Positions 39,168 to 51,728 are shown, numbered from the stretch's first letter. The stretch is 64,000 bases of DNA from Phoronis australis (GCA_002633005.1 NMRA01000003.1:1602503-1666502), one strand, 5' to 3'. Notes: generated by a model from the letters alone, not told the origin. Made by a program: numbers and translations.

Positions 39168-41117
39168 TAAGTTATAGTTTACTTTCATGACTGAGAAAAA
39201 GAAAGACCAGCCCTGCCATCCTGAAAGCTTGTCGTCCAATATTCAAATAATTCTTGGGTCTGTATTGCACCCGGTACACTTCTGAACAATGGAAAGGTGC
39301 TAATTTTGAAATGGTAAATTTTGATTAAAAGCAAGACTGTTGAAGTTCTATCTCAAGTTAGGTCGTGGATTAGCTGCTGGCAGTGGCAACAAACTACCTT
39401 ATACGAATACTGGACTAAACTGACCTCTGACCCTTGAACATGTTTATTCATTCATCAACAGGAACTTCAACTATCTGCACTAAGATTCTGTAGAAAATTG
39501 AATTTGTTCATTTAAACTGTGCAGAGTATTGTTCTACTGTAGGTAAAAGCAATACTTTTTATAGTAAAGAAAATTATTATGTTTCCACAAGCATTTATTA
39601 CAAAGGAGAATTTTGTTGTGTAGCATTAAATTGGCAATTTCACTAAGAAGTTAATTTTTTTGATTTTTAAAACTCTGCTGCAGGTAATCACCATTTACCA
39701 AAGTTGCTTTTGATAGAAAAAATGAAGTGTTCTTAATTTCATTTTTGTTGGCAAAGTGGACACGTAAAAACTCTGTTTGCAAAATAAGATAATGTTTTGC
39801 CTCCTTGTCAATTTTGACTTGCCTAGCTTCCTAATGCAGACCAGAAAATAAGTGGGTTCCTGCCATGGTTAATAAAATAGTTCATCATGTCTGATGCTTA
39901 AACCAAGTGATTACATCCAACGTCATTTCTATAATTTATTTGTCTGTTTTTATCAACCTTTAGCCTATTCACATTCTGCACAACCTTTTGGTCTTTCATT
40001 TCTCTTAACATCTTCAGCGTTACAGCATGCTTTGAAGAGTGAGCATGGCTTTGTAAGGACCACTCACAGTTGACAGTAATGAGCCCTTTTTAGAACCATT
40101 CATTATTTTTTCTCTGGGAAAATGTGAGATTTGAACTCAGGATGTTGTGCTGAAGGGTTGAGAGCTCGAACCATTAGGCCTACCCATTGGATACTATTTA
40201 AACATTCATTCTCTTTGGTCACATATATGGTGGACACGTGAATTTCATTTTGTTACGCTTTTCAACAAGAAGTACTTCTCTGTAGTGTTAGCACAGTTTA
40301 TGTGGCCCTGACCTGTCAACATGAAATGACTGACCATAGCATGGGGACCTATTTAGAGTAGAAGTGGGTATGAATAGATTTTATAGGAGTGATGTCACTA
40401 CACCACCATCTTAAAGTGGCTTTACCAAGTTAGACATTTGCTGTGAATGTGGGGATCTAGACAGGTTATTGTTACGATATCTGGGCAAGATATTGTGACC
40501 CATGAAGCAGCCCTTCATTGTCATCAAGCACATCTCTGTCATAGGTTCATGTTGACATTTGCAAACCACCTTGTGTCTTGTGCTTATCAAACAGTAGCAG
40601 TACTAAATCTGAATATTTCCTGAATAATAGCGGTCTCTTTGGCTGCCAGTTATTGTTAATTTTCAATTTGTATGGTGCATTTTATTGAGAGTTAGTCAAG
40701 CTAGAGAAATGTTGATTAGAAATTATTTTCCGATAGGCAAAGTAAATTTTTCATTTTCATGGATGTGCTACTATTTGAATGCAGGCTTCAGCAACCTTTT
40801 TGAAGATGATAATAACCTTCTAAGTAAGAATGGTGCTTGTACATTGTGCAAACATTTAAGCCTGAGGTGCATCAGTCTAGGTTGTCCTTTCCAGTGTTTT
40901 TTTGCGCACAGGTATATGTACGTGTGATTATTCAGTATTTGCTGGATGATAGACATAACAGCAAATTTCCACCTCTTATGTGAAATTATGGTTGTTTTGT
41001 TTCATTTGCGAAGAGTTATTGAGTATTTACAGTTTTAATTACAGTTCAATGTATCATTGGAGAATTAATTCTGGCAGCTCTTGTTTAGAAGCTGTTGAAA
41101 ACAATAGATCATCAACA

Positions 41118-41649
41118 TTTAGAATAAAACTGGATGCCATTTAAGACAGCAATAATAAGCATTTAGAGTATGTAGAAAACGGGATGGTGTTAAAACAGTT
41201 ACCAGCATTTAGAAAATGAATAATACTGGTTGCCATTGAAAACAATATTTGGCGTTTAGAATATGAATAGAAGTGGATGCCATTGAAAACAATAATTTGG
41301 GTTTAGAGTATGTATAAAACTGGATGTCATTAAAACAATAGTTAGCTTTTAGAATATGAATAAAACTGGATGCCATTGAAAACAATAGTTAGGTTTTAGA
41401 GTATGTATAAAACTGGATGCCATTAAAACAATATTTAGCTTTTAGAATATGAATAGAAGTGGATGCCATTGAAAACAATAATTTGGGTTTAGAGTATGTA
41501 TAAAACTGGATGTCATTAAAACAATAGTTAGCTTTTAGAATATGAATAAAACTGGATGCCATTAAAAGAGTAGTTAGGGTTTAGAGTATGTATATAAGTG
41601 GATGCCATTATAACAACAGTTAGCTTTTAGAATATGAATAAAACTGGGA
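41118..41649. repeat. 46/47-bp minisatellite with higher-order structure
   Basis: Units start TTTAGA at 41255, 41302, 41348, 41395, 41441, 41488, 41534 and 41580. AATATGAATA and AGTATGTATA variants alternate. Degenerate units lie upstream. Confidence 0.95.
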
Positions 41650-42093
41650 GTAATGCTTAAGGTGACTACATTGCTGATCTATATATTGTTATGTGTAACA
41701 TCTGTTGCCAGAGGACAGTTAATCATCAACGGGTAGAAAGGTTGGGTCAAGTGAAAGTAAGTTATGGGCCAGGTATGCTATCAACATGAGGGATCTGGAC
41801 TATATGTACGCTGAGGTAATACAAATGTACTGTGTTAAACTATCAGATTTTGAAAAAACGAAAAATGGCAATTTTACATAACCCAAAAGTGGTGATTTTT
41901 ACATCCTATTTTATATTTATTATTCAGTATGTCAGTCTCGATAGGCCTCGTTTTTCCTGAAAAGGAGAAAAAATGTGTAAAGATGTAAATGAAATTCTTG
42001 AAAACGTGCACCAACCGTACCTAATTTGCTGATGTTGGTAATTTCAATACTCGGCTTTGGTAAGTAGGTCAAATCTGAAACATTTTAATACCC

Positions 42094-42262
42094 CTGTTCC
42101 CATGTGTTTTGAAATCCAAGAAATATTTTAAGAAAAACTGGGTTTGATTCCATAAACAGTCCTGTCACCAATAAATTGCAAGTACTGTAGTCATGTTGCC
42201 CTGATTGGCAGACAGTGACAGTTCACAGTCTGTGTGGTCAATGCATGTGCCAGAGCCAGTGG
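42094..42262 (+). repeat. Dispersed repeat family (other copies at ~3703-3866 and ~29603-29670)
   Basis: All three share TTCCCATGT(A/G)TTTTGAAAT...AAATATTT(C/T)A.(G)AAAA. The two longer copies also share ATTGGCAGACA.TGACA...CACAGTCTG..GCATG..CCAG..CCAGTG. Confidence 0.65.
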
Positions 42263-43077
42263 TTTTACATACTGATGATGATAGGAATTTTGATTAAATG
42301 AACAACAAACCTCTTGTGGATCACTACTAATCCTCACCCCCACCCCCTGTTAAATGAGCGAAATTTGGTGGAACTCAAAACAAAATCCCAGCAAGTTTGA
42401 GTCCAATGCAAAAAAAATTCCATGTAAAATTTACTTGAAAAATAGGCAGGATTATTTATATCACTTTTCACATGCCGGGAGTGACAGTAATGAGACAGTG
42501 GTGGAGTAATGTCTACATGAAATGTTACTGGTGACACTAGAGTTGCTTTAATTAGCTTGGCAAGCTCCCTAATCCAGAGATAGATGTTTGTGTGATTGAC
42601 ATTTATTCAGTGCTCACTAGTACTGTAAGTGACCCAGTTCTGTGAATTATTCACAAAGGGCCTAAGTTAGATGTATGTTGGTGCAATTTGTTGCCCTTTC
42701 CTTCATTGTCAGCATCACTTTAACTGTTGATAAATCATTCATTTTGCAATCACTCTTGCCATCTGCATACATACGAATAATACAATTGAACTGGTGCTAT
42801 AATGCTAAGAGTTTACTTTGCTAATAAAATCAATTCATACTGACTCCAGACTATTACTTTAATTAAAATTCCCTATAATATATGAAACTGTCTGTGACTA
42901 ATTTGTCCAACAATTCACACATGCTTTGCTGTCGTTATATCTCAACTGAAGTTTCAAGTTTTCATATTTTTAAGGTTTAGCTTTTAGACCAAAGTATGGA
43001 AGTGGTGAGGTCTCTACAATGATATTTATTTAGATTTTAATATTGTTTGATGCTCTAGGAGGTTGGAAATGGGGCGA

Positions 43078-43210
43078 GATACAGGGTGTGTAATGACCAG
43101 GTACTGGCTTTGTAGGGCAGTATACAGAGCATGTGTATTGACCAGATAATGGCTTTGTAGGATGGGATACAGGGTGTGTTATTTACCAGGTACTGACTTT
43201 GTAGTGGAAA
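43078..43210. repeat. Three-copy ~44-bp tandem repeat
   Basis: ATACAG.G..TGTGT.AT..ACCAG.TA.TG.CTTTGTAG repeated three times. Confidence 0.8.
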
Positions 43211-46200
43211 GGGTAAACAGGGTTATCAGGGCACTATTGTGTCTTAGTTGAGAAACCATAAGTATTTTTTCTGTACTGTTTCTCAAGAGCACTTGAGTTA
43301 GAGTTATTTTTGTTTTCCTAATGAGAAGCAGTGCTCCATGGTGTTGAAAACTGAACGTTCAGGAGAGTGTCTTGACATATACAACCAGACACGGATTCAG
43401 TGAGTGATTTAATATATGAGGTATTGTAATCCTTCACTTATTTTGCACAAAATTATTAGCAAGATCCTCCGTTTTCCAATTTTCAAAGATTGATTATCTT
43501 GCTTCAAATAACGAGAGCTATACAAATATTGTTACACAGTGCAATCCTGGCTAGTAATGCACCAAAATTTTCTTTTTCTGTTCTCGTAGAAAAATTGACG
43601 AAAATGAAACTACTCTTCTCCACGGTATTGTGTGTTGAATGGGCCAGGAACAACTATAGACAACTGTCAGTGGGTTGGTGAAGAGTAGAGCAAATAATGT
43701 GTAAAGAATGGGAGTGGAATGAGCTTAATTCTAGTCTGTCTGTAAAAACTAAGTTTAGCCTTCTATATCAGACAACAATAAATTGTGCTGAAGAAGTTGA
43801 GAAAATGTACCACAGCTTAAGTCTAAAAAGCTGAACAACTGAAAATTTGAACTCCGGTTTACATGAATATGAGCATATGAATGATATTTTGAAGTTGTTT
43901 TGGTTTGATGTGGTTTAGTAGACAGCAAAAGCTGTGTTGTCACTTACTGACAACAGGTGTTAGGTATACTTGCAGTCAGATGGTCTTCCTTGTTGATTAG
44001 GGTCATTGTTGGTCAAGTTCTTGTCCACTGAGTTTGTATCACAGGGAGATATGTGCTGCACTGGTCACTACTAAGGGTCAGTCAGTCTACAGCATGATGT
44101 GCAGTGCTCTGAGCTATGTTACATTCAAGAATTGTTATTCTCAATTGCTTGTTATGAAAGATGTCTCGGGTGCCTCCTGAGTTGGTGGTGAGGCTTGTTG
44201 ACATCAGCCTATACAGAGATTCCAATAATGTTAGCCTCACTACCATTTCAAGTTGGTCAGATATATCTTGCCTGCATTTTGAGAACCAGTTTTCCTCACT
44301 GAATAACTGGCTGGTTCTCAAAATGTGGACACCTTCAACTTTGTCAATAGATTTGCACAAGTCCCGCTGTTGTCAAGGGGCCTGTTCATCAGGGAATCTG
44401 ATCCAAGGTCCTATGGTGTGGAGTAGAGCAATTGCCACATTAGCTATGGTTTTGCTGTCTAATATAAATTGATATATTCTATGCACTAAAACTGATGAAT
44501 TTTTGAACTGCTTGGTTTCTGAAATTGAATTCCTAATAATATTTTTTACACGAAAGAAATACAATAAAAGTTTGCCAAAATAGATGTGCTGTAGATCTCG
44601 GTTCTCTGGTGCTGTTAGCAAGGGTTTTTGTAACTCTTTGATCCATAGTAGATAATTGGCCTGCGATATATGGTCTCACCTCAATTAAGAAACTTCTGCC
44701 ATCTGGAGTTAAAACCAGAATGTAGGTTTTTGTAATGGATATTTTTTTATTTTCAAAGGTTTCTTGCATTGTTTTGAATGCCAAAATATTCCCAGAATCA
44801 TTGTATGATGGTAGATATGGTGTAGATATTTAAAAAATGATATAGCATTTATTTGGTGTTACTTGTCTTTCATGAAAAAAATGAAAAAATAAAATTCCAT
44901 ATTATATTCTGAATTGGTGATATTTTATCACCAGGACAAATTGTATCAAAACAAACGATGGATTTTTAAATCAGTTTCTTTTAAGTTGTTCACTCAACCA
45001 GCTGCAAACTTTCAAGTCAAGCTTGCTTAAGCACATTACCTTATTTGATATTTTTGTCCAAACTTGAATTTCTTAGCTCCCTTGCTAGCCATTGTTTGGT
45101 TTTGCTTAAAAAAACTACTGATGAGAAGCAGATAAAATATTGAAAAAGTGTGATGGGCTGGTCAAGTTACCAAGGAAAAATCTTCTCTTGCCAGCTGGTG
45201 ATCAAAGTAAATACATGCAGTGTCCTATTCTTGTCTGACATTGTTGCTCCAATGAGGTCCAATAGTCAGTTGTAGCTTATTGGTTCAAGTTGATCGCAGG
45301 GTACACTTAGTGTGCTAAAACGAAGCCCTGTGCCATCATGTTACCAGCAAAGTTATGCGGAGTTTAAGGTGGCCCAAAAATCTTGAATTATATCGATCAA
45401 GCTTAAAACAGGTTGACTGTTCTTTGTAGCTTGATTACTTGAGTACTCTTGCCTGTGAGGATTATTCAAGCTTGAGGAATTTTGTGTCTTTATGAAACCT
45501 AAAGCTGCTTTTACACAAGAGACAGAGAGACAGTTGTCATCGTTTCAGTTGTCACACCGTGTCTTGCTCCACTATAGTCACATTTACACAGCATTAGATT
45601 GCAAACTAGATCAGCATGAGTCACTTGCAGGAAGACTGTCTGCACATGCTTGCGTAAACAATTGCGAACATCCAAATCATTGAATGCCAGCGGATCACCT
45701 GCGTATATGCTATTGTGCAAGTGCATTGAAAGAAGACCCATTTTCGCCCTGCGCCAGTTTGTGTTTAGATGTGTAGTTGACACTGGAGCTACTGATTAAG
45801 TGCAACTCACTCTTCCTCTCAAACCAATGTCAAAAGTATCCACCCCAGTGTCATCTTGCTATGTGTCAGTTGTGTTTACCTCCACACTTGCACTTGATCA
45901 GCTGTTCAGTGTTAGTTGCTCTGTGTCAGCTGTCTCTCCTGTAAATGCAATTTAAGAGTTGGTGAAACTTTGAAACTGAGGTGACACTTGAGGTATTGAC
46001 CAGGGGTGCACTCACATAGGCAAAGGTGTTGGTGAAGTTTGGGGTGAAATCATACAACTGGGGGAGGGTAACACTTTCTTTGCTCCCCATTGAAGAAAAC
46101 TTTTCAACGCATATCACTGTAGTTGTGTGGTTTCAAAATATGTTTGATTCCTGCCCAGCCTAGTACCGGATTGGCACAGGCAGCTAGTAGTTTATCCTTA

Positions 46201-46673
46201 TTTCCTTGACTGTTTTGTGTTGCACAAGTCGTTAATGTTAATCCACTTTGTACAATCTGCAGCTGGTATGCCAGTAAAATTATGACCAGTAATAACAGTC
46301 TCTTCGAAATATTTTTGTCTCAGCAATTGGAAAAATGGTAATTGGCTCACAAGTGGCAATGTTATTTTTTATCTCAATAGGTGTTTTAAGCATGTAGTGT
46401 TGGGAGTACTTCTGGACTTTAATTACTCGGCTGGAAGACCATTACCAATAACTGCCCATTGTGTACACATAACTCAAACGATTGAAGTGCACAACTGCAT
46501 TTACAAATATATGCCTCTGCCTCTTGTCAACAGATCCAGTAGATTTGGCCATATACATGCTAAGTTAGTGTTATTCACAGCGTTGATCAATTAGACATCT
46601 GTTATGCTCACTATGAATAATTCAAAAAGGATGCGACTACCGTGGTGACATCCCAAGTGGGGACGTTTAATGA

Positions 46674-46776
46674 ATGTGTGATACAAGCCCATGGGCTTAT
46701 AGACGAATGTTCAATATAGTCTCAAGTGGGTTGGAGCTTCCAAGAAGTACAGACCCGTGGACCTGTATCAGTGGAG
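46674..46776 (+). CDS. ANKFN1: Putative alternative first coding exon (isoform C): MCDTSPWAYRRMFNIVSSGLELPRSTDPWTCISG-G
   Basis: ATG-initiated 34 codons plus 1 nt, then donor GAG|GTATGG in phase 1. A 92-nt intron leads to the phase-1 acceptor at 46869. Confidence 0.45.
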
Positions 46777-46868
46777 GTATGGTAAACAATTCCTCCTCAA
46801 TTACTTTGATTGATGATAAATGTCCATTGTTTGAGTGTTTACTACGAAATACCTGAATATTGCTTCAG

Positions 46869-46996
46869 GGACAGCATGGATCGTTGACGACCAGGACTCC
46901 TCTGATTCCATGGCGACCAGTATTGAGGATTCGTCCCCAGTGGCCTATAGAGGGAGCAAGAGTGCAAGTGCTGCGCTTCTGAGCCCCAATAAAAAT
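46869..46996 (+). CDS. ANKFN1: ANKFN1/wake-like internal exon (TAWIVDDQDSSDSMATSIEDSSPVAYRGSKSASAALLSPNKN)
   Basis: Acceptor ttgcttcAG and donor AAT|GTAAGT. 128 nt, phase 1 to 0. Confidence 0.85.
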
Positions 46997-47270
46997 GTAA
47001 GTATGAACATGACTTATCTACTGTGATTGCCCTGGTGCTAACAGCTCTCTAGTCATGTTAGGGCATAGTCACCAAATTATCTATTCAATTTGACTAGCTG
47101 TGGAAGATGTTGTCAGCAGCTGATGTGTGGATAAAATAGGAAAACAAATTGCCAGTCAATTTTCAGGTCTTGTATGATAATCGCCTTCCTGTTGGTTTTC
47201 TTTGTTGGCTTTCTTGAGTTATCAGGTTGGGAACAGATAGGCAAGGTCATAGCGCCACCTCCCTGTCAGC

Positions 47271-47578
47271 TTTTTATGCGCCCACATATTTATATGTGGA
47301 CGCATTATGCCGTCATCTCTGTCCGTCTGTCCGTCCGTCCGTCCGTCCGTCCGGCGTCCGCGGCTCTATCTCCAAAACCCTTTGACATACGTTCATGAAA
47401 TTTGGCACATATGTTCCATTCATGAATGGGACGGCATGTGCGAACTTTCGGACGGATCCGACTACCAGTGTGCCCCCTAGTGGCAATTTTAGTTTTTTAC
47501 GCTTACCTTTGTATCTTCAAAAGTCCTGAACGGATTTTCATGAAATTTGGTATGTAGGCACCTAGTAGTGAGATGACG
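47271..47578 (+). mobile_element. Young Helentron-type HINE (DINE-1/pearl-like), running into the gap
   Basis: TTTTT start, hairpin ATGCGCCCACATAT-TT-ATATGTGGACGCAT, (GTCC)n microsatellite, repeated TTCATGAAATTTGG core and TGCCCCCTAGTGGC. Confidence 0.8.
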
Positions 47579-48303
47579 NNNNNNNNNNNNNNNNNNNNNN
47601 NNNNNNNNNNNNNNNNNNNNNNNNNNNNNNNNNNNNNNNNNNNNNNNNNNNNNNNNNNNNNNNNNNNNNNNNNNNNNNNNNNNNNNNNNNNNNNNNNNNN
47701 NNNNNNNNNNNNNNNNNNNNNNNNNNNNNNNNNNNNNNNNNNNNNNNNNNNNNNNNNNNNNNNNNNNNNNNNNNNNNNNNNNNNNNNNNNNNNNNNNNNN
47801 NNNNNNNNNNNNNNNNNNNNNNNNNNNNNNNNNNNNNNNNNNNNNNNNNNNNNNNNNNNNNNNNNNNNNNNNNNNNNNNNNNNNNNNNNNNNNNNNNNNN
47901 NNNNNNNNNNNNNNNNNNNNNNNNNNNNNNNNNNNNNNNNNNNNNNNNNNNNNNNNNNNNNNNNNNNNNNNNNNNNNNNNNNNNNNNNNNNNNNNNNNNN
48001 NNNNNNNNNNNNNNNNNNNNNNNNNNNNNNNNNNNNNNNNNNNNNNNNNNNNNNNNNNNNNNNNNNNNNNNNNNNNNNNNNNNNNNNNNNNNNNNNNNNN
48101 NNNNNNNNNNNNNNNNNNNNNNNNNNNNNNNNNNNNNNNNNNNNNNNNNNNNNNNNNNNNNNNNNNNNNNNNNNNNNNNNNNNNNNNNNNNNNNNNNNNN
48201 NNNNNNNNNNNNNNNNNNNNNNNNNNNNNNNNNNNNNNNNNNNNNNNNNNNNNNNNNNNNNNNNNNNNNNNNNNNNNNNNNNNNNNNNNNNNNNNNNNNN
48301 NNN
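47579..48303. other. Assembly gap (N run)
   Basis: Run of N, probably the tandem core repeats of the HINE. Confidence 1.
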
Positions 48304-49094
48304 TTTAGTATTTTACATTGACCTCTGTATTTTCATAGGTGTTCAGGTGTATACTTTGTGTTACTTCGTGACTGTGAAGGAAAAGTTCCAAGTAGAAATT
48401 TGTTTCTGGCATTCTAATGCTGTGCTAATCTCGTATGTTGGTAAATTTGTTTTTAATTCTATGTTTCTGTGGTGCTTTAAGCAACTGGTGTATAGGATGT
48501 GCTTGTGTTATGAAGATTACTCACATTTTGCCCCTAGCCTATTGAGGAGACAAGGACCATGCCTTTCCATTTTGCAAAGTATGCCCTCTACTGGCCACTT
48601 TATGGTACCAATAAACAACCCTAGAAGGATACCGTATGCGGTGCAATTGTGGGCGCATTTCAACGCTCCGCGTTGCTCTTGTTAATTAATATAATGTTCT
48701 CTCTAAATATATATCCAAACATGGTGCTGTGCCATAATTGCAATAGTGTTAAATTGTGGTACATATATTCATTATTTTGCAATGAAAATGACAGTGACAC
48801 ACCAAGCAAGAGAAAATGATGCGTAACTAGTTGTTGTTTTTCTAAATTAACAGACAGGAATTAGGATACGAAAACAGGATCTGAAATTTGTGCCATGTTT
48901 GAATTTTGGCTAAGTGAGAAGCCTGTAATAGAGTGTTAGATTTGAATGAAATCCACAACATTGATTTCATAGCCTTGTACCTAAATCTGAAGTACAGCTG
49001 AATGTTATGACGCAGTGTGTGCTTGCGTGTTGCAATGACTTAGTGCTTCTGAAAGCAACAGAAGAATTCTTCTAAATTATGTGTATATTTTCAG

Positions 49095-49129
49095 GAATCT
49101 TTGGATGTATTTGGAGAGAATGAGAGGAG
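49095..49129 (+). CDS. ANKFN1: ANKFN1/wake-like 35-nt exon (ESLDVFGENER-R)
   Basis: Acceptor atattttcAG and donor GAG|GTTAGT. Phase 0 to 2, exactly bridging 46996 (phase 0) and 50856 (phase 2). Confidence 0.8.
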
Positions 49130-49525
49130 GTTAGTAATGTGAAAGGAACATCTTGGTGACACTACTCGTTAATAATGTTTAAAGTCCAAAAAACTTGCAA
49201 AATATTCACTGTTTGTGATTCTAGTGAATGAGACCAAGCAAGATGACTGATAAGGATAACGTTTATCATAAAATACCCATAGACTAACTTGAATATGTAA
49301 GTCATGAACCGACCTGGAGTAATGCAGATCGTAAACACTTATTCCTGGTCTGTACGCCACCTGTTGGCCACATCAGGTGATTCGAGCACGGTACCTTCTG
49401 CTAACTATGCAGACACTCTAGTCCAATGAGCCAATTAGATTAATGATTGATATTTTTAAAAAACAACTTTACCCACACAATACTGTAACCCCACCAACCT
49501 GCTAAAACAAATGAGACTTATCTCC

Positions 49526-50099
49526 CCTTTTGCTCACGATTCACTCGGCTGATAGCATACTGACTACTGTTGTGCTTCCTGGTGGGAACTGTAGTTTTTT
49601 ATCTTCAGTTGCTTCTGACCTGTATCTGCAGAGTTCCTAGACAGATTTTCATATCACAAATAGTTTTCTATTATGGAGAAAAATGACGCCTTTCAATTTT
49701 TGAATGGATATTTTGCTTCACCTAGTGGCCATTTTTATTGTGTTTCCACTGTTGTCTGACATTACTTTTGCTTTTCTGTCAATTTTCTCAAAACCTACTT
49801 AATGGATCATGTTGAAATTTGGGATGTGCTCAATTTTTATACGGATTCGACAAATCTGGCATCCCCTGTTGGCCATTTAACTTTTTGGCAGGAAATTCCT
49901 TGTTAAAACGTTTTGGTTTGATATTAGTTTGAAATGATGAGGTACCAACACTATTTTGTCAACTCTGACTATTGCAGCTCCGCCTTGTGGTCAAATACTG
50001 TCCCCTTTTACCTTACATGAAGATGATAAGCAGCCCTAGAAGCCTATATGGTTCACAGTGTACCGTGGGCACATATCAAGACTTTGTCTGGCTCTTGTT
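49526..50099 (+). mobile_element. Degenerate HINE copy
   Basis: Core repeats with CACCTAGTGGCC / CCCCTGTTGGCC and GAAATTT(G). The 3' end GTGGGCACATATC...CTCTTGTT is homologous to 27971-28108. The 5' boundary is approximate. Confidence 0.5.
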
Positions 50100-50855
50100 G
50101 CATGAAACATCACATGGCAAAGTTTCTATACATTTTGAAAATTTCATAATTGTACTTTGATCATATCAAAATAAACTATGAACCAGTAAACAGCCTTGAC
50201 ATCAAATCGACATGGATGAACATGTAATTAGTTGAAATGAACATGCAATAATACAGCACTTAATGTTGCATAAAAATAATAAATTGCTAACATTGTATTT
50301 TTCCATTTTTCAAAGGCTGATTACCTTTCTTGCAAAGAATGGAAATTTCAGCAAGTGTTGTTTTGTGACATCTGCTTCTAATAGTCTAAAATGTTCTTAA
50401 TCTTTGCTTTAATTTTGTGGAGAAATTTAGCAAAATATAATTTCACGTTTCGGCCATATTGTGTTCTAAATAAGTGAAGAGGCATGGGAAGTCAAACATT
50501 TTCAGACGGTGCGCATTGTTGCCTTCAGTTTTAGATATTATAAGTTTAGTCATTGTTTTATTGTAATAATATTCTGGAGCATCTACTTGTGCATTTTAAC
50601 TGCTCTTTTGATAACTGTTTTAGCATGCAAACACATTTGATCAATGACATCTGTCTCAACATTGCATGTGAGCCCAACAGGTGGTTTTTGATCATAGGCC
50701 CCATTTACCTATTTATACTTTTAGCCGGTTACAAAATGAGATTTTAATTGACGTGTTAAAATGGCAATAAAAATGGAGATCGTAATAGTGACATCCATTC
50801 AAGTGACAAGCATTTTGATTGCTGGGCTATTTCTGCATTGTTTTGTGTTGCATAG

Positions 50856-50969
50856 ATCTGCCAAGTCGGGTACGGGCTTTTCACGATTTACTCGGAAGCT
50901 GAGTAACAGGGACAAACATACAAATGAGTGTGACGGAAGGGACAGGCCACGATCGCAGAGTATAGACTG
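50856..50969 (+). CDS. ANKFN1: ANKFN1/wake-like internal exon (SAKSGTGFSRFTRKLSNRDKHTNECDGRDRPRSQSID-C)
   Basis: Acceptor gttgcatAG and donor TG|GTACGA. 114 nt, phase 2 to 2, part of ORF 50761-51000. Confidence 0.75.
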
Positions 50970-51728
50970 GTACGAGTATGAAATTTGCTCATCATTTTAG
51001 AATTAAGTTGCTCTCTCTGTATGAACTGTGAGCCATGAACTCTGATTGACGACGTTGTTGGTGTATACAAAATATTTAATTATGAGAACTTTTGGCAAAC
51101 ATTGTTTTATCAAAACCAGGTGGCAGTTTGACTTTTTGTTGCAAATTTCAATATTTCTCTGATAGTGGATCATGCTCACATCAGTTTGTAGGTAGTATCA
51201 AATGAACTTGTTGTGGATTAGATGCCAGGGAAAATTTGATTATCTTCTTAAAAAGGGACATATGCTTTCTGGACAGTGACCCCTATATTACAATGTGTGA
51301 GCGCAAAATTGAAGCAGACCCGGCCAGTCGTAAACTTCTAACATTGTTAAAAGGAAATTAACCTGCTTTCCATCAAAAAAGTCAATTTTTATTTAGACTA
51401 CACACAATTATGAAATTGGTCTCATAATTATTATTCCTTAACCGAATGCGAGGTAGGACCAAAAAAGCATAATTCGTTATGATCTTTTTAAGTGGTCTGA
51501 TATTTTTTAGTTGCTCACTTTTTCGAAAAAGAAAATTAAGCTGAGAGGAGCGAAAATGATTATTACTCATGACTTAGTAAATCTTGGTGTCTCATTTCTT
51601 ACTTACCCTTGTTTACGTGCCTTTGTGCTGGTTTTCAAAACACATAAAACCTGGCCTGAAATTGATACAGGCGAAATTTTTTTTTGTCGGTGAGCGCAGG
51701 TCTCAGAATGAGTCGGGGCAAAGACCAG

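Noticed and set aside
41118-41649. Regular repeats that could be mistaken for a CRISPR array
   Set aside because: Units are contiguous with no unique spacers, there are no cas genes, and the context is a eukaryotic intron.
41786-41815. ATG-initiated mini-exon candidates with donors (MRDLDYMYAE|GTAATA here; MRDSMVHYQ|GTATGA at ~31855-31881)
   Set aside because: Both end in phase 0, incompatible with the next acceptor (46869, phase 1), and there is no other support.
47573-48685. 370-aa ORF, the longest in the track
   Set aside because: Mostly translated N gap; the remainder is Phe/Leu/Cys-rich non-coding-like sequence.
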